A DNA stretch of 64,000 nucleotides from Mytilus trossulus (Eukaryota), in contig NC_086374.1 in the NCBI RefSeq assembly GCF_036588685.1, forward strand, positions 60,884,001 to 60,948,000, in the 5' to 3' direction. The notes under the pieces are model-generated. The model did not search any database, was not told the DNA's origin, and worked only from the letters and a program-made list of their open reading frames with translations. Below, in pieces: positions 38,901 through 52,200 of the stretch (positions are counted from its first letter, which is position 1; the number at the start of each line of letters is the position of its first letter). The position numbers were made by a program, and so were the translations under genes.

Positions 38901-41900
38901 TGCATAAATGATGGCGGTGACTAGTGACTGTAACTATTATTCGACCAGTAGAATTAAGAATACTAAAAAATCAGTTGTTTTTATTATCTTATAGATACGA
39001 TGTCTCAAACAGAACTTCTAAAAAAACTAAAGAATATAAATTTTAGAGAACCAGAAAAACCTCCAACACCACCACCACCACCGCCGCCGCCAACACCACC
39101 ACCAAAAACACCACCACCAAAATATATGCCATGGCCTTGGAGAACTGCAAAAAGAGCCTCTGCCTTAGGTTCAAAACAAGATAAGGGAAATTTAGCAGAC
39201 TATACAATATCTAAATATGGAATAAAATATGATGACACAGGCATTCCCATTTCTGACAAAAAGCTATCTAGACAGGCAACAAAATTTATACCACCACCAA
39301 AATCTTTGATGCGCATGTCTAGGGAAAGTTCAGTTATCTCAAGATCAAACTCGCTTCCCTCTCTGAAAGAGTCTCAATCGACCGAAATTTCCCCACAAAC
39401 ACGCATGTCTAGTCCTGATGAGTCTTTCTACCGTTCTCAGTCAATGGAAGATATTCCGGCTACATCAACAACTGATCTTGATAGTCAGGTGGTATCGACG
39501 ATAGATCCTTTATCAATGCAAGACATTCAGATACCAACACCAAGTACTACATTTAATTCTTTTGCCCCACCGAAGGGAACACAGTTACCGTTAATAATAC
39601 ACAAACCAATTATTAATACTGGAGTTAGTTCAGCTGCTTTGACAAAAGATATACAGACACCTGCGCTAAAGCGAATACAAATGTATAGAGCATTATCTAC
39701 TGGGTCAATCGGAACTTTCTCAGACAGAACACAAACAGAAATATTAATGGAAGAAGAGAAGGGAATAAATGAAGCAGATGTAGTGAATAAAACAGAAATA
39801 ATAAATGATAAGGATAGACCCTCCATAATGGATCAAACAAAACCATATAATAAAACAGTTCCACATTACATGTTTCCTATTAGATCAAATTCACTTACCA
39901 AATTTGAGAAAAAGATGGGCAAAAATCCTCTCTCACAGACTCTACCAAGATCGAAAACAGAAATGGTACCATTGTCGGACAAAATAAATAGACCGAAGAA
40001 AAATACATTGAAAAAAAAGAAAAAGAAGGGAAAGAAAAGTAAGAACAGTCCATATATGGACAGTCTTACACCAAGAGCTCTTCCTCCGATTGTAACATTA
40101 AGCCAGAAAAAAGGCTCTAACAATAAAGTTAAACCTGTAGACTCAAACAAGAAGCGAAAGTCAAAGACTAATGCGAACTTTAACACTGGAAGTGCGTCAA
40201 ACAAGTCGACAACAGCAAAAAATGATAACACGCCAGGTATTATTATTTATGATAACTAATAATTATTGCTTATATGTTACAGTATAAGCTTGCCATCAAT
40301 GTAAAAACTTTTGATTAAGTTGTTTTTGTAGTTTGAACTTTATTTCTATATTAATGAAACGATTTCATTGGCATAATATGGTTCTACAATACGATTCATC
40401 TGGTTCTATTAAGATCAAAACTTTAATATCTTAATATATAAAACGTGCAGAAATAGATAAATCAAGAAAGGCCTATGCAGAATAAAACATGGTCTCATAT
40501 TTTAAACTATAAATGACTACGCCATCTCAAATATGAAAACAAAACCTGAAGAGAAAATTTACGACTTGATGCATGCATAAAACAATAAGCGACTAATTGC
40601 TGTTCGCGTTTAGTTAATTGGGTGTCTGTGTATTCGGTAAATTATGCAAGTATGAGGGAGGAATTAAGAAACCGTAATAATGCAAATTAAATGAGTAACG
40701 TGTTTTCATCACAAAATTATTTTAACGGTATCTAGCAATGAAAAAAGTTAAATGTTCGAGACAACATAAAACTTGTGTAACACTTGTACATGTCATATCA
40801 AAAATTATAATTGATGAAAATTATTTTATTCAAATATATTGCCAATCCATTTTATTCATTTGTATTTGTATAACTCTATCCTCAACTACATGGTTATATT
40901 TTAAGAAACAGATCACCCTTCTCCAAACCTTGGAATGAAATCTGAAACGTTTGTCAGAAAACAAGAACAAACTGAGAATATACCACCTTCAACTGACTTT
41001 TTACATAGAATGAAATCATCTGCGACGGATTTTCAAGGTAATGTTCTGTGCCAAAAAATCAATTTCATTTTTCATGTTTTCTTTTTATAGATACTGTAGA
41101 TATTGACTTATAAGCTTATTGGTTGAAATAATAAAATTACATACATTTTCTTTGAAAAACATACATTTATTTTTTTTTGAAAAAATACCTATATTTTCTT
41201 TGAAAAAAATACATATATTTTTTTTTTTTTAAAAATACATATATTTTCTTGGAAAAAAATACATATATTTTCTTGGAAAAAAATACATATATTTTCTTGG
41301 GAAAAAATGCAAATATTTTCTTGGAAAAAAATGTAATTTGATTTAATCAGATGCACATTTCAAAATATACGAAGCACAAAATCTAACACAAAGCAGAAGA
41401 ACAGATAAAACCAAAAAGATCCAAATCATATAGCCAAACGAGGACATGAAATCAGAGCTTTGCATTGGAGATATAGAATAACTAATTTATAAATTATTAC
41501 AGCAAATTCAAATAAATTAATTTCCTTAATTGTATCCAAGTATCGCAGTACTGGCTACTGGGTTGGTTGGTCACACTCTCCGGAAATAGCAGTCCACTAG
41601 CATAGTTAACGACAGGTCCGAGTTATAAAAAAGATTACCGGTACACATTTCATTGCACCAAATTACGAAGTTAATGTACTTTCGATGAGGCCCAATGCCT
41701 AAAAATTTGAAGTGCAAAACCTAGTACAAACGTTGAAGAAAAAATAAAGATACACCAGGGATGACCATTACTTGATTTCAAAATTAAATTATTACTTAAA
41801 ATTATGACAACAAATCTAAAAAGAAAACATCTGTATTTTTGGTCTCAAAGTATCCGAAGTTCTATGCTTGTGGTATCCTCGGGAACTATACGTCCATCCG

Positions 41901-42769
41901 CACAGACATCGACGCAGAGATAGTAAAATATTAACGGTACCAAATGTATTGCATCGGAAGTGCGTTTTGATAATTCTAAATGTCTCTTCAGTAATGCTTG
42001 AATTCAAAATAATGTTAAAGACTAAGAATTATAGTCTGCATGAAGGGGATAATTCCTTGAATGATTCGAAATTATATTAAAAAAAAAAGGAAAATATCAT
42101 TATTTTCATGTCCAAAATCATGACATTGAACGAAGAATTACACTAACATTACAAACTCAATTTAAGAAAAAATGATGCAACAGTTATTGGTTTACTCCTT
42201 TATTTAATATGAATGTGAAAAAAGTAAAATCACAAAAATACCGAATTTTGAATAAAAATCTAATCGGAAAGTCCATAATCACATGGCAAAATCAAATAAC
42301 AAAACACATCAAAAACGTATGGACAAGAACTGTCGTATTCCTGACTTGGTGCAGGCATTTTCAAATGTAGAAAATAGTGGATTAAATCTGGTTTTAGAGC
42401 ACTAACCCTCTCACTTTGATGAGAGTCTCATCAAATCCCGTTATATTTACAATGATGCGTGAACTAAACAGACATAATACAGTCAAAATAAGGGTAAATC
42501 AGTCATCATCGTATAACAATTTTAAAAGGAACAATTTAACAGAACACAAAATTATCTATCTACAAACGTACTTTCTTTTTATTATAGATTCTGGCATATC
42601 TGCCGATGAGTCATCACTAGATAGACAAAGATCGTACTGTGCTACTAAACTTCCAAGTATAACGACACATTCAGAAGTTAGCAATAATGAACAACAGAAA
42701 AATGATGAACTAATCAAACTTCCCGACCTTGAAACAAAACAGAAGAGTTATGTGAGACCGTGGCGATAA
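29948..42769 (+). CDS. Gene B: paralogous type-I membrane protein with Cys-rich ectodomain, Thr-rich stalk and long Pro/Ser/Lys-rich tail (~949 aa, 13 exons)
   Basis: Exons 29948-30011, 30656-30836, 31826-31926, 32634-32762, 34538-34720, 35392-35513, 35897-36020, 36281-36289, 37306-37578, 38251-38358, 38995-40236, 40906(or 40912)-41037, 42588-42769. All GT-AG and in frame. TM IWPIVGAVLGGLLVISLLLLILYCLL followed by RKKK. The last two exons are less certain; read-through of exon 11 stops at 40259. Confidence 0.87.
32985..33031 (+). ncRNA. Solo minimal hammerhead ribozyme in intron 4 of gene B (sense)
   Basis: GAGCGTCA CTGATGA GTCT TATGT AGAC GAAA C GCGC GTC^TGGCATA, inside a ~140-bp retrozyme/PLE-repeat fragment (~32925-33062). 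Confidence 0.8.
33928..34025. repeat. ~48-bp tandem duplication
   Basis: TCTGAATTTACCACTTTT(T)ATGATAAAAACCT(T)GGATAAAACAGTTATA occurs twice. Confidence 0.8.
36281..36289 (+). CDS. 9-nt microexon of gene B (G-T-C)
   Basis: ATTTCAG|GTACATGTG|GTATGT, with a TACTAAT branch motif ~25 nt upstream. Confidence 0.85.
38462..38725 (+). repeat. Dispersed repeat (further copies at ~1545-1665 minus, 8690-9000, 15100-15400, 44445-44690, 45622-45720)
   Basis: Shared core CAGTAGTATACC..TGTTC.AAA.TCATAAATCGATTGAGAGAAAA.AAATCCGGGTTACAAAC.AAAAC.GAGGGAAACACATCAA. Class not determined. Confidence 0.7.
41140..41335. repeat. ~22-bp AT-rich minisatellite
   Basis: About 8 units of ATACATATATTTTCTTGGAAAAAA. Confidence 0.75.
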
Positions 42770-44183
42770 AGTATATGAAAGTGTGAAAAAAGAAACAATA
42801 AAGACGGAATTTTTAATATTGATAATATTATGTCTTTTAAAAATGTTTTATTAGATAAATTGAAAAAACAATAGAACATGCAAAACTGTTGGTAGAAAAT
42901 ATCAATACGATATTTGAATCAAATTTATTTACATAAAAGAAATCAATTAATTTCTATATTTGAATAGAAGGTATATTAACACAGGTGTTTCACTAAATCT
43001 TTTAACACTTACATGTTCCAATTGAATTTTAATGTTCCATAAAAACATGTTATATTGGTCTTTTAGAGATATTGCCACTTTGGACTAAGTAGTTTTTATA
43101 CATCTTCAACTTTTAGATATTTGAATTTAAGCGTTCCAGATGATAGTAAATCTAGTAAAGCTTCAGACGCACGAAATTTATTAAGTATCAATTTCATCTA
43201 CTGGTACTGGTACTCGATAGTCGATACTATTGCTTATGAATTACTAGCCACAAATTGGACAATCAGCTCATTAGCTTGTGCTTTGGTATTAACATTATAA
43301 TAAGTTCGTAATAAACGATGGTTTCTTTGACTTTTGTGTTTCAATTCGAATTGCAAGTGATGCATTCACAGTCAGAATGAAACACTGTAAATAGATCCGG
43401 ATACGCTCTTCTTAGAGTTCGTGCGACACCCTCGTTTTTTGTATTGACAAAAAAAACAATTAACGAGTTGAAGTCCTGTAAACTTGTTAAAAGGGATGAT
43501 GGTGTGTATTTTAAATTGAATTTATTCAAACGCAAATACTGCCCGACATTATTTGAACCATTAGTTATGTCATCATGTTTGTCATTCTACATATTGTTTT
43601 TTATTGAATTGGGCACTGGTGTATTGTCCAATAGTTTTAATATCGTACTGGTATGTGTGCTTAATTTAAACAAATGGGATGGAACCATGATTAAGTATCC
43701 GGTTCTGAATAGAAGCATGTTGTAGGTAATGAACTAATTAGCCTTAAAGTATGGGGAGGCAGACTTATGTAACGTTATATCCCCATCTCAAATAGAAGAC
43801 TCTCAAACAGATAAATATACTTTTTGTCTCAATTGATTGATTCTTAGATCTAACTTCCTTATCTGTTTATGGAATATATGTATATCGAACAAAGTTATAT
43901 CCATCTCATGAAAACATCACCTTAGAAAAATTGGTCACGAAATGCCCCACAGAGATAAAGTGATAATTGTAACCTTTCTTATGAATATAGGGAAAGCTGT
44001 TACTGTGTCAACAAACGTTTAACTTCATTAAATGGAAAGGACACTTTAAAAATACATTTAATTATATGTAATCTATGTCAGAATTATAAAGAATGAGATT
44101 AATTTGGCAATGTATTATGGGATTGAGTCTGAATGGTTGATATTGATAAGGGCGCGTTGCCTCAGAATACTAAAATAAAAGTG

Positions 44184-44353
44184 TTTAGAGAGAGAGCCAT
44201 ATCTCTTGCACGTCAAAGACACCCTTGTAGATTTCGAAAATGAGCAAGGCTAATGCCGCTACAAGGCAGTACTCGTACCCACAAAGAGGAAAGGGATTAA
44301 TACAAGTTGAAAAACTTTTTTTTCCAATCCACTATAAATAAATATGTTTAAAC
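44184..44353 (+). mobile_element. 5'-truncated tRNA-SINE copy with an 8-bp TSD
   Basis: Similar to the 338-683 element. TAAAAGTG at 44176-44183 and 44354-44361. Confidence 0.78.
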
Positions 44354-44954
44354 TAAAAGTGAAGTCTGTAAGACAAAAATGATGCCTCACAACAGGCTCT
44401 ATATGCTCCATTTCTAACAGTAAAAATACAGATTCTTAATAAATAGTAGTATACGTCTGTTCAAAAGTCAAAAATTGATCCAACTGAAAAAATCCGGGTC
44501 AAAACCAAAAACCGTGGGAAACACATCTATTTTAAGAGGAAAATAACGTTACAACAGAAACACGTAACTGTTATAAAAACAAACACCAACATACATAGAA
44601 ACGGACTCTTTGATAACACATGGAATATTCCTGACTTCGTACAGGACGTTATAAATAAAAATGATGACTTGAATCTGGATTTGTTAATAGCTTAAACTGA
44701 GTGGTCTTGACATCCTATCAGTATGAGATATTGAGTTGGTAATCATACCGTCACAAATTATTTCAATGTTCATATAGATCGATCAGACATGATTGAATTA
44801 AATTGATGATACATTTTTTAAGTTGTGTCCATGGAGGAAGTGATTTTGTTGCATTGGTTTCTTCTTTTCTGTGATTGGAAGAATTGCACATATATTATAA
44901 TTGAACTGCATCATCAATTTATCACCCAACTTAACTAGCTTGTTGGTGTAACCT

Positions 44955-45370
44955 AACCTTCTATGACAAAAGGCTGTGTTCTATCTGAAAGAAAGCCTTT
45001 CATTCAAGCAATCTGGTTTCCTTTGTGTCTATACTGATCAGGTTTATAAATAAAGAGACTTTGGCTTACTTTGCCGAATGCATTCGAGAAATCTACGATG
45101 AGGCAGTTTGTTTTTTGTCCATTGTCAATGTTCTTCGTGCTGTCCTCGATGAACTCCATTAGTTATACCTCGCATGCCAATTGTTTTCTAAATCCATGCT
45201 GCATTTGTAGAGGATGTTATTCTTATCTCCATGGTTCATTATGTGGCTGGCAACTACATGCTTCAGCATTTTGCAGGAGATGGAGGTAATATGTACATGT
45301 CTATAATTAATAGCTTTGAAATGTTTGCCTTTCTTTGAAACTAGGCATACACTTGCTGTTTTCCAGTGAC
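44955..45370 (-). mobile_element. Highly decayed LINE reverse-transcriptase fragment
   Basis: Frameshifted minus-strand motifs ITSISCKMLKHVVASHIMNH, QHGFRKQLACE, DFSNAFGKV and FLSDRTQ. Confidence 0.7.
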
Positions 45371-46232
45371 ATATGTTCTTCTATATATCATTGTTAGGAT
45401 TGATGTTACTAGTAATGCCATCTCTTGCAATACTCTATGTGTTAAATTGCATGGGCTCTCTGCTTTATGTAGGTTTAGTGTTTCTAGTAGCTTTTTTATT
45501 CCACCTTTCTGTTATGATAATGTCTGTCGCTGTTTCAAAGTTACCAAAAGGTTTTCGTTCGAGTTACTATATATTTTATCTGTTGTTTGTGATTATATGT
45601 CTGACCCTTTAATACTTTGAAAAAAGGCAACAGTAGATTACCGGTGTTTAAAAGACATAAATCGATTGGGAGAAAACAAATCCGGGTTACAAACTAAAAC
45701 CGAGGGAAACACATCAACTGAATTTATTCAACATATCATACTCTTAACTTGTCTGTCACCTTTTTGCTGGGTCCGTTTACAACTGTTTTAGCATCATATG
45801 TTGCCCCTTTCTATCAGTAATTGTCTGAAGTGCCGAAAATACGGTGCAAGGTGCTAACAGTTAATATTATTTTATTTTTTTGTCATTGCGTATGTAACTT
45901 TACTATTGTTTATACTTAAGTTTCTATTAGAGATAACATTATATTAGATATTTAAATTTAGATTGGACACGGCATTATTACTATACATATTCACCAAATG
46001 GATCTTAATTTCACTTTAACAAAGAAAGTCCATATATATTTAACGGTGATTTAATTAATCATTCACATTTAATTAACCCATTTAATTTGAAACATATGTT
46101 TATTGTTCCCGCTCATTTACTCAGGGTAAAAGCTTAAACATAATTCTTTTGTTTCGTCGTTAATCAGTCCATTTACCTCAAAACAATAGAAAAATCAAAT
46201 ATTTACCGAATGGAAATTATGGTGGACGAAAA

Positions 46233-49200
46233 ATGAAAAGTTGTGTTTCTCATACAATACTGTATGTTGTTGTCTTTACAACTGCTGGTAGGTATAAAGT
46301 TAAGTTATAAGACTTCTTTGAAAGACAAAATGTAAATTGTAATCAACTACGAATGGAAATTAAACAAACAGAGTATCTTGTAATATATCGGTTGCACAAA
46401 ACGACCAACCATGGTAAGCCATTCTTTCAATTTTGAATTCCCATTCATGCTAAATATTTTCGATCTATGAGTTTGAATGTCCTTCTGGTGTCTTTCGTGC
46501 CACTTTTATAGAGGACTTCACACCATACACCAACGACATGCAATGTGCAAGAAGACGCCATTTCGTACCATGCTAATATTAAAATATACAGATTTTCAAT
46601 GAAGAAAATACACAAAAACACCTTTTAAATCTTGCTTCAAAGCCAAATAAATATTAATTCCCTATTAAGACACACTGATTAAACATCAAAACTTTTTATT
46701 TTTTAGCAAAACGCTAAAAAGAAGGATTGTGAAAAAGTATAAAGCATTATGTGACATGCCACTTTTTATTGAAAACTGGCAACTGGAATCATATTTCATC
46801 AATGTATTTCTATATTTGACATTTTGACCGGTTTTGTTTGTTGACCGATTTAACTGCTTTTATACTTTTCACCATTTAATATATAACGTTATTAAAACAT
46901 GAGACCTACATATAAATGCGCACCTATCAAAAATATTAATTGATGAGTTTACAATCAATAAGAAGGCGCGAACGGAACAAACTATTAAAGGGCATACGAT
47001 CCAGTTTTGATCCCGTATTTACAGTTTGATAAAAATGTCCATATAGGCTATTTTTGGCCTGATTAAATCAAATATGTAATAAAAATATACCTTAATGTGC
47101 TACTTTTTGGGCTAAATGAGGTCGAAATTTTGTATGTTTGCTCAAAATTCGGATTTGTGGCCGCATTTTTCCTTTCGAAAGAAAGACAACTTTTTTGTTT
47201 TAAAAGATAAGCACAAATTGTTTTTGTTAAATAATTTGCAATTTCTGTATTTTATAAGTATCCTAAAGTGTATGCACTTTTTATTCAGAAATAAATCATA
47301 TTTATCAAATGGTCATGAATTGAAAAAAAAATCGTCTTTTTTTGCTGTATATTTATCAAAATTAAAAAAATTTGCACTATTTACAGTTTTTTAAAATTTG
47401 GTCCGCACAATCTCCCTGCAAAATGAAACAAAATGTCGTTTTAAGAAATAGGGGTCCATGCACTCGTTTTCAAATTAAATCAGTTTGAAGGATAAAAATC
47501 AGTAGATAATAGTAAATCTAGAAAGTGTGAATTACTTTATAGAGAATATTTTTGTTTTGTTTGTTTCCTCTCTTTTATTCTAAAATTGCCTAACGATATG
47601 CCATTTTGTATTATCAATAGTTGTAGCTTATGAAATCGGTCTCAAAATTCAGCGATAAAAATATTAATTGAATTCGTGTTTTCAGTAAACGGATGTACAT
47701 TTGACAGTGGTCTTATTGGTACATGGAACAGCAATGCATATGGAACAATCACCATAACCAGTAATACACTAACTTTAGGAGAACATGCATTCCAGATAAA
47801 CAGTAAAACGTCTACCGATTGGACATGCTTTAATGATGCTACTTCTCCATATATTATATTGCAGTAAGTATAATACAAAAGTAGCGGGAGAGCCCTCATT
47901 TAAATAATAATTTAAAGAAAATTAAGAAAAACGATGGTCATTTTGTCAAAAGATTTAAAGGAACATTGAATACATATAATATTTAGCAGGATCATAATGT
48001 TTGGATAATAAGTATATGAAACTATATAACTGAACTCAAACTACACATATATTTTTTGTGTTACTGAAACTCCGGAAATATGGTATCTTTGTAAACTTTT
48101 GACTACAACAAAAGAAGTGCAAGCGTTTGTTTAAACTTTTGGGCAACTTTTTGTATTCCTTATTCTATATAAAAGTGTCTTAATTTTGAAATCTTGAAGA
48201 CTCACATAGGCTTATTTACTTATTGTCGACTTGTTATAAAACCCCTTTATAAAGTAAGTAGAACATTTATTTTTTTAATTACAGGTCGGAACTTTTTCAA
48301 TATTTTTCTACATCATCCTACGCTTATATATGTATGAATATTCAAGCCGAAAATTCCAACAGCTATTATTTCTATATGCACTCACGTAAGTATGAACTTC
48401 AGCCAAAATAATCATGGAAATAAATAATCTTTTAATTAAGCCCCAGTCACACTGTCAATTTTAACTACGTTTAAAAATTCTACGTTTCAACTACGTTTTG
48501 AACAAAAATGTCGCGTTATTTTGCAAAATAGGTTTTACTAGGTTTGTGCTACGTTCTAATCACGTTTGCTACGTATTAGAACGTGTAGATCCACGTTTTC
48601 ACCACGCATTGCTACTTTTCAATAGGTAGTTAGCACGTTTTGTTGCGTTCCGCTTAACTTTGATACGTATTTACTAGGTTTCTATTTCGTTACTTTCGCT
48701 ACGATTGTTGGTTGAATTTTCAAAACATACGGTCCCCATACGGAGCAGGCCCAGTTTTGTACAAAGGATCACTACGTTTCGATACGCTTCGTTGTACGTA
48801 TATTCCCGTTTCGCTACGCTGTCAGTCAAAACTTAGTATTACGTAGCAGTGTGACTGGGGCTTTATGTGCATTCAATCCATGACAATAAGAAAGAGAAGA
48901 TACAACATACACTACCGTAGTTTTTCTTAAAGTCAACCGAACTTTTGATTCGCCTAGGGTGATTGAAGGTTCGAACTCCAGCCGAGTCAATCCAAAGACT
49001 TGCATAATAAAGTATCTTCAATCAAGTATCTATTGTCCTCTCGAAGACATCATGATGAACGGTTTCGTATAAAGTAGAGTTGGTACTCATATCAAATTTG
49101 AAATTGCTTATCCTGAATATGCATCTAATATTTGTTACTGGATGTTAAAGAGCTATCTACATATCTTTTTTTAAATGCATTTTGAATTGTAAAAAAATTC

Positions 49201-52200
49201 AGTCTGAATTTAACAACTAGATCTTAAATATGATAAAACGAATAGAGAGAAACTGTATTAATAATGTTTTGACTTTTGTATTGCCTGTTTAATGTCAATT
49301 GCAAATATGTCATATGAATGCTGGAAAGTCAGAGCTTATAATTTGTTTTTGATCCGATAGTAATTTCATCTTTTATCTCTCTATATTTACATAAAAGCCA
49401 AAAAGCAACGTCTCTACAAATCTGATTTAGTTTATATCTATTTTTTATTATAGCTAAAAATAACCAGTTTTCTAACGAACGTATAAATGTTTATGCTGCC
49501 ACAGCAACGCCTGGGAATCCTGCTGTAGCATTGTGTACAGATACGCCATCTACCGCGGAATTCATTAGCATGGTGAAAATAGGTATTATAATTATATGTA
49601 CAAGTTTAACCTGTTTGAAAAAAAGATATGGAGTGCTTCATATTACATAACTCAACGTCTGCTTTTGTTTTTGTTTCTGTGATTTTTGTGATAGCTGTTT
49701 TTTTGTACTGTTTTGAAAGTTTTAAACATCGAAGGAACGCATATGCTAACAAATCTATCATTTTCGCATGTTTTATAAGAGATTAAATTGGGTTTACATA
49801 ATAGATAAAAATGGACAAAATATGCAGAGTAAAAGGCACAACAAATGAAGAAAAAATAATTTAAGTCTAAAAATTAGAGATAAAGAAATGAATAGACCCT
49901 CTTATCCAGACCATCTTACATATATGCAATGACTAATAATATGATATTAACATCATGCATATCAAACATGGGAAATAGTGTGAATAAAACTATCTGTATC
50001 ATATAGTTTATAACAAAGGAAATGCGTTAAAATAAATGTAACTAATGTTGACTTTGAACGCCTACTATTCAATACTGTAAGGCTGTGTATGGCTGAGTAT
50101 AGTTTCTCCTTATTTTCATTACGATTTTCTGACCCCCCACCCCCCCTCAATTTAATAACTCATTAAAACCAATAACATCTTAGCCACACCAAAAAACAAG
50201 TTATCAAATCTAACTGCTGTTTATCAATGATTTTAGAATATCGAATGTATCTAAAAGCTTCGAACTAAGGTGCATGGCAACACGTATTACTATATCATAC
50301 CCATTGGATTTGAACATGTTTTACACTTTACTAAGTAATAATAAAAATATTAAGAAATAAAAGAAGGTACTATGTATACGTTAATGAGACAACAACCGAA
50401 ATCTCAAATAAGTCAAAAGATGTATAAAAGTCAACATACGATCTATACATATAGCACAAAATTGACCAATTTCTAGAACTTTTTTGTCACGCCAGTATAA
50501 CACCTATCAAATATCAGCCATCAGTGCCTACTATCCTTTAACTGATTAAAACACAACACCGTCATTTTAAAACAGCAAAAAGTAATAAAAAAGATCAAAA
50601 CAAAACCAAACCAGTAAGAATACATTTTACATTTGAAGACAACCATTGCAACCATTGACGATGCATCTGACATGGGATAAGGCACATGTGTAGTTTGTCG
50701 TGGGAAGTTGAGGTTGAACTGTTTTTGGATCAGTGGAATTAACAAATGTGAAAGAAAGAATTTATATTCATTGCAAAACAATTTTGAGACATGCAGAACA
50801 TCGAGTGTCAACCATTAAAATGACTTTCTTCTTTGATTAATTTGATTTTGGCCAGTTGTGCAAACATATCTCTTTAAATAGAGTATTGTCTGGTGAGGAA
50901 ATAATGGTAATCGTATTTATCATTATAAATTAATTTCGTAAGTATGACCTGTGCATCCAACATCAACACTTTTGCTGCCTATATTTTGAGTAATTCATTA
51001 TTTAATACTTTTATTACAGGTTCTGAAGAAAATGCTTTGACCGATTGTCCATACCCGCTACACAGAAACTTTACCTACATCTTCAATGATGGCAATGGAG
51101 ACAAGTGCACTGCAAACAGTTTTATATCTGCCTGTCCTGGACAACAAGAGATGAACTTTGACTATACGAAGTGTGCTGAGCGTATTGCATACTCCTGTAA
51201 GTGAAAACATGTAATTTGGAACACTAAAATAATTTTCTTAATTATATTGTATAATTAGGTATAGGAAGATGTGGTATGAGTGCCAATGAGACAATTCTCC
51301 ATCCAAATAACAATTTATAAAAGTAAACCATTATAGGTCAAGGTGTAACAGTAAATTTGGTCGGGTAGTAAAATCTGTCCGCCAGACTTTTTTTCCTAGG
51401 AAATCAAGTCCATGATCATTATTTTACTAGGAACCTAAGTCACAGGACAAATTTTCCTAGGAAAATAAGTCCATAGGTAGTAAAATATGTCCGGAACTTA
51501 TTTTCTAAGGTAGAATTGTCCTACGATGTTATACTAGTATTTTTTTTCATATTATAACAATTATTGAAAATAAAAAAATCATATTTTTTAGTTAGGATTT
51601 GAAAGTTTCATTATTTTTCCCCTTTTTAAAATAAAGGAAAGTGGCGTAATAACCAAGGAATGTTAATGACATGGACATGAGGAAAATAAGTCTGGGGACA
51701 TATATTTTAATAAAATATTAATACACAACGCTATAACCGAATATTGAAACATAACATTTATATTGATCTTTTAAAACAAAGGTCATGGACGATTTTACCA
51801 AGCCAAAAATTATTGACAGGGACACGATTTTCCTACGAAAATTAGTCTGAGGACATCACTTGTATTGATATTATAACACAACTCTAAAACTGAATATTGA
51901 AACATTACATTTATATTTATCTTTTAAAATAAAGGTCTGACATTTTACTTAGCAATATTATTGACATGGACATGATTTCCTAGGAAAATTAGTCTGGGAA
52001 CGTACATTTCATTAAATTTGTAATGCCCGAGCTCTTGATCCGAACAATATTTTAAAACATAAAAATTGCATTTTCATGTAAATAATTCGTTTCATTAAAA
52101 CATTCCTTTTAGAATACAGGACATGGGTGAATTTACCTAGGAGTATTAATGACATGGACAAAAATTCCTGGGAAAGTTAGTCTGGGAACATAAACTTTAT

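Noticed and set aside
39527-40231. Antisense hydrophobic ORFs (also 59384-59611 and 63162-63476)
   Set aside because: They are shadows of Lys/Thr-rich sense exons of genes B and C.
41950-42003. Additional functional hammerheads (also ~25955, ~43130, ~6768)
   Set aside because: Core nucleotides or stems are broken (e.g. AAAA in place of GAAA), so they are treated as relics only.
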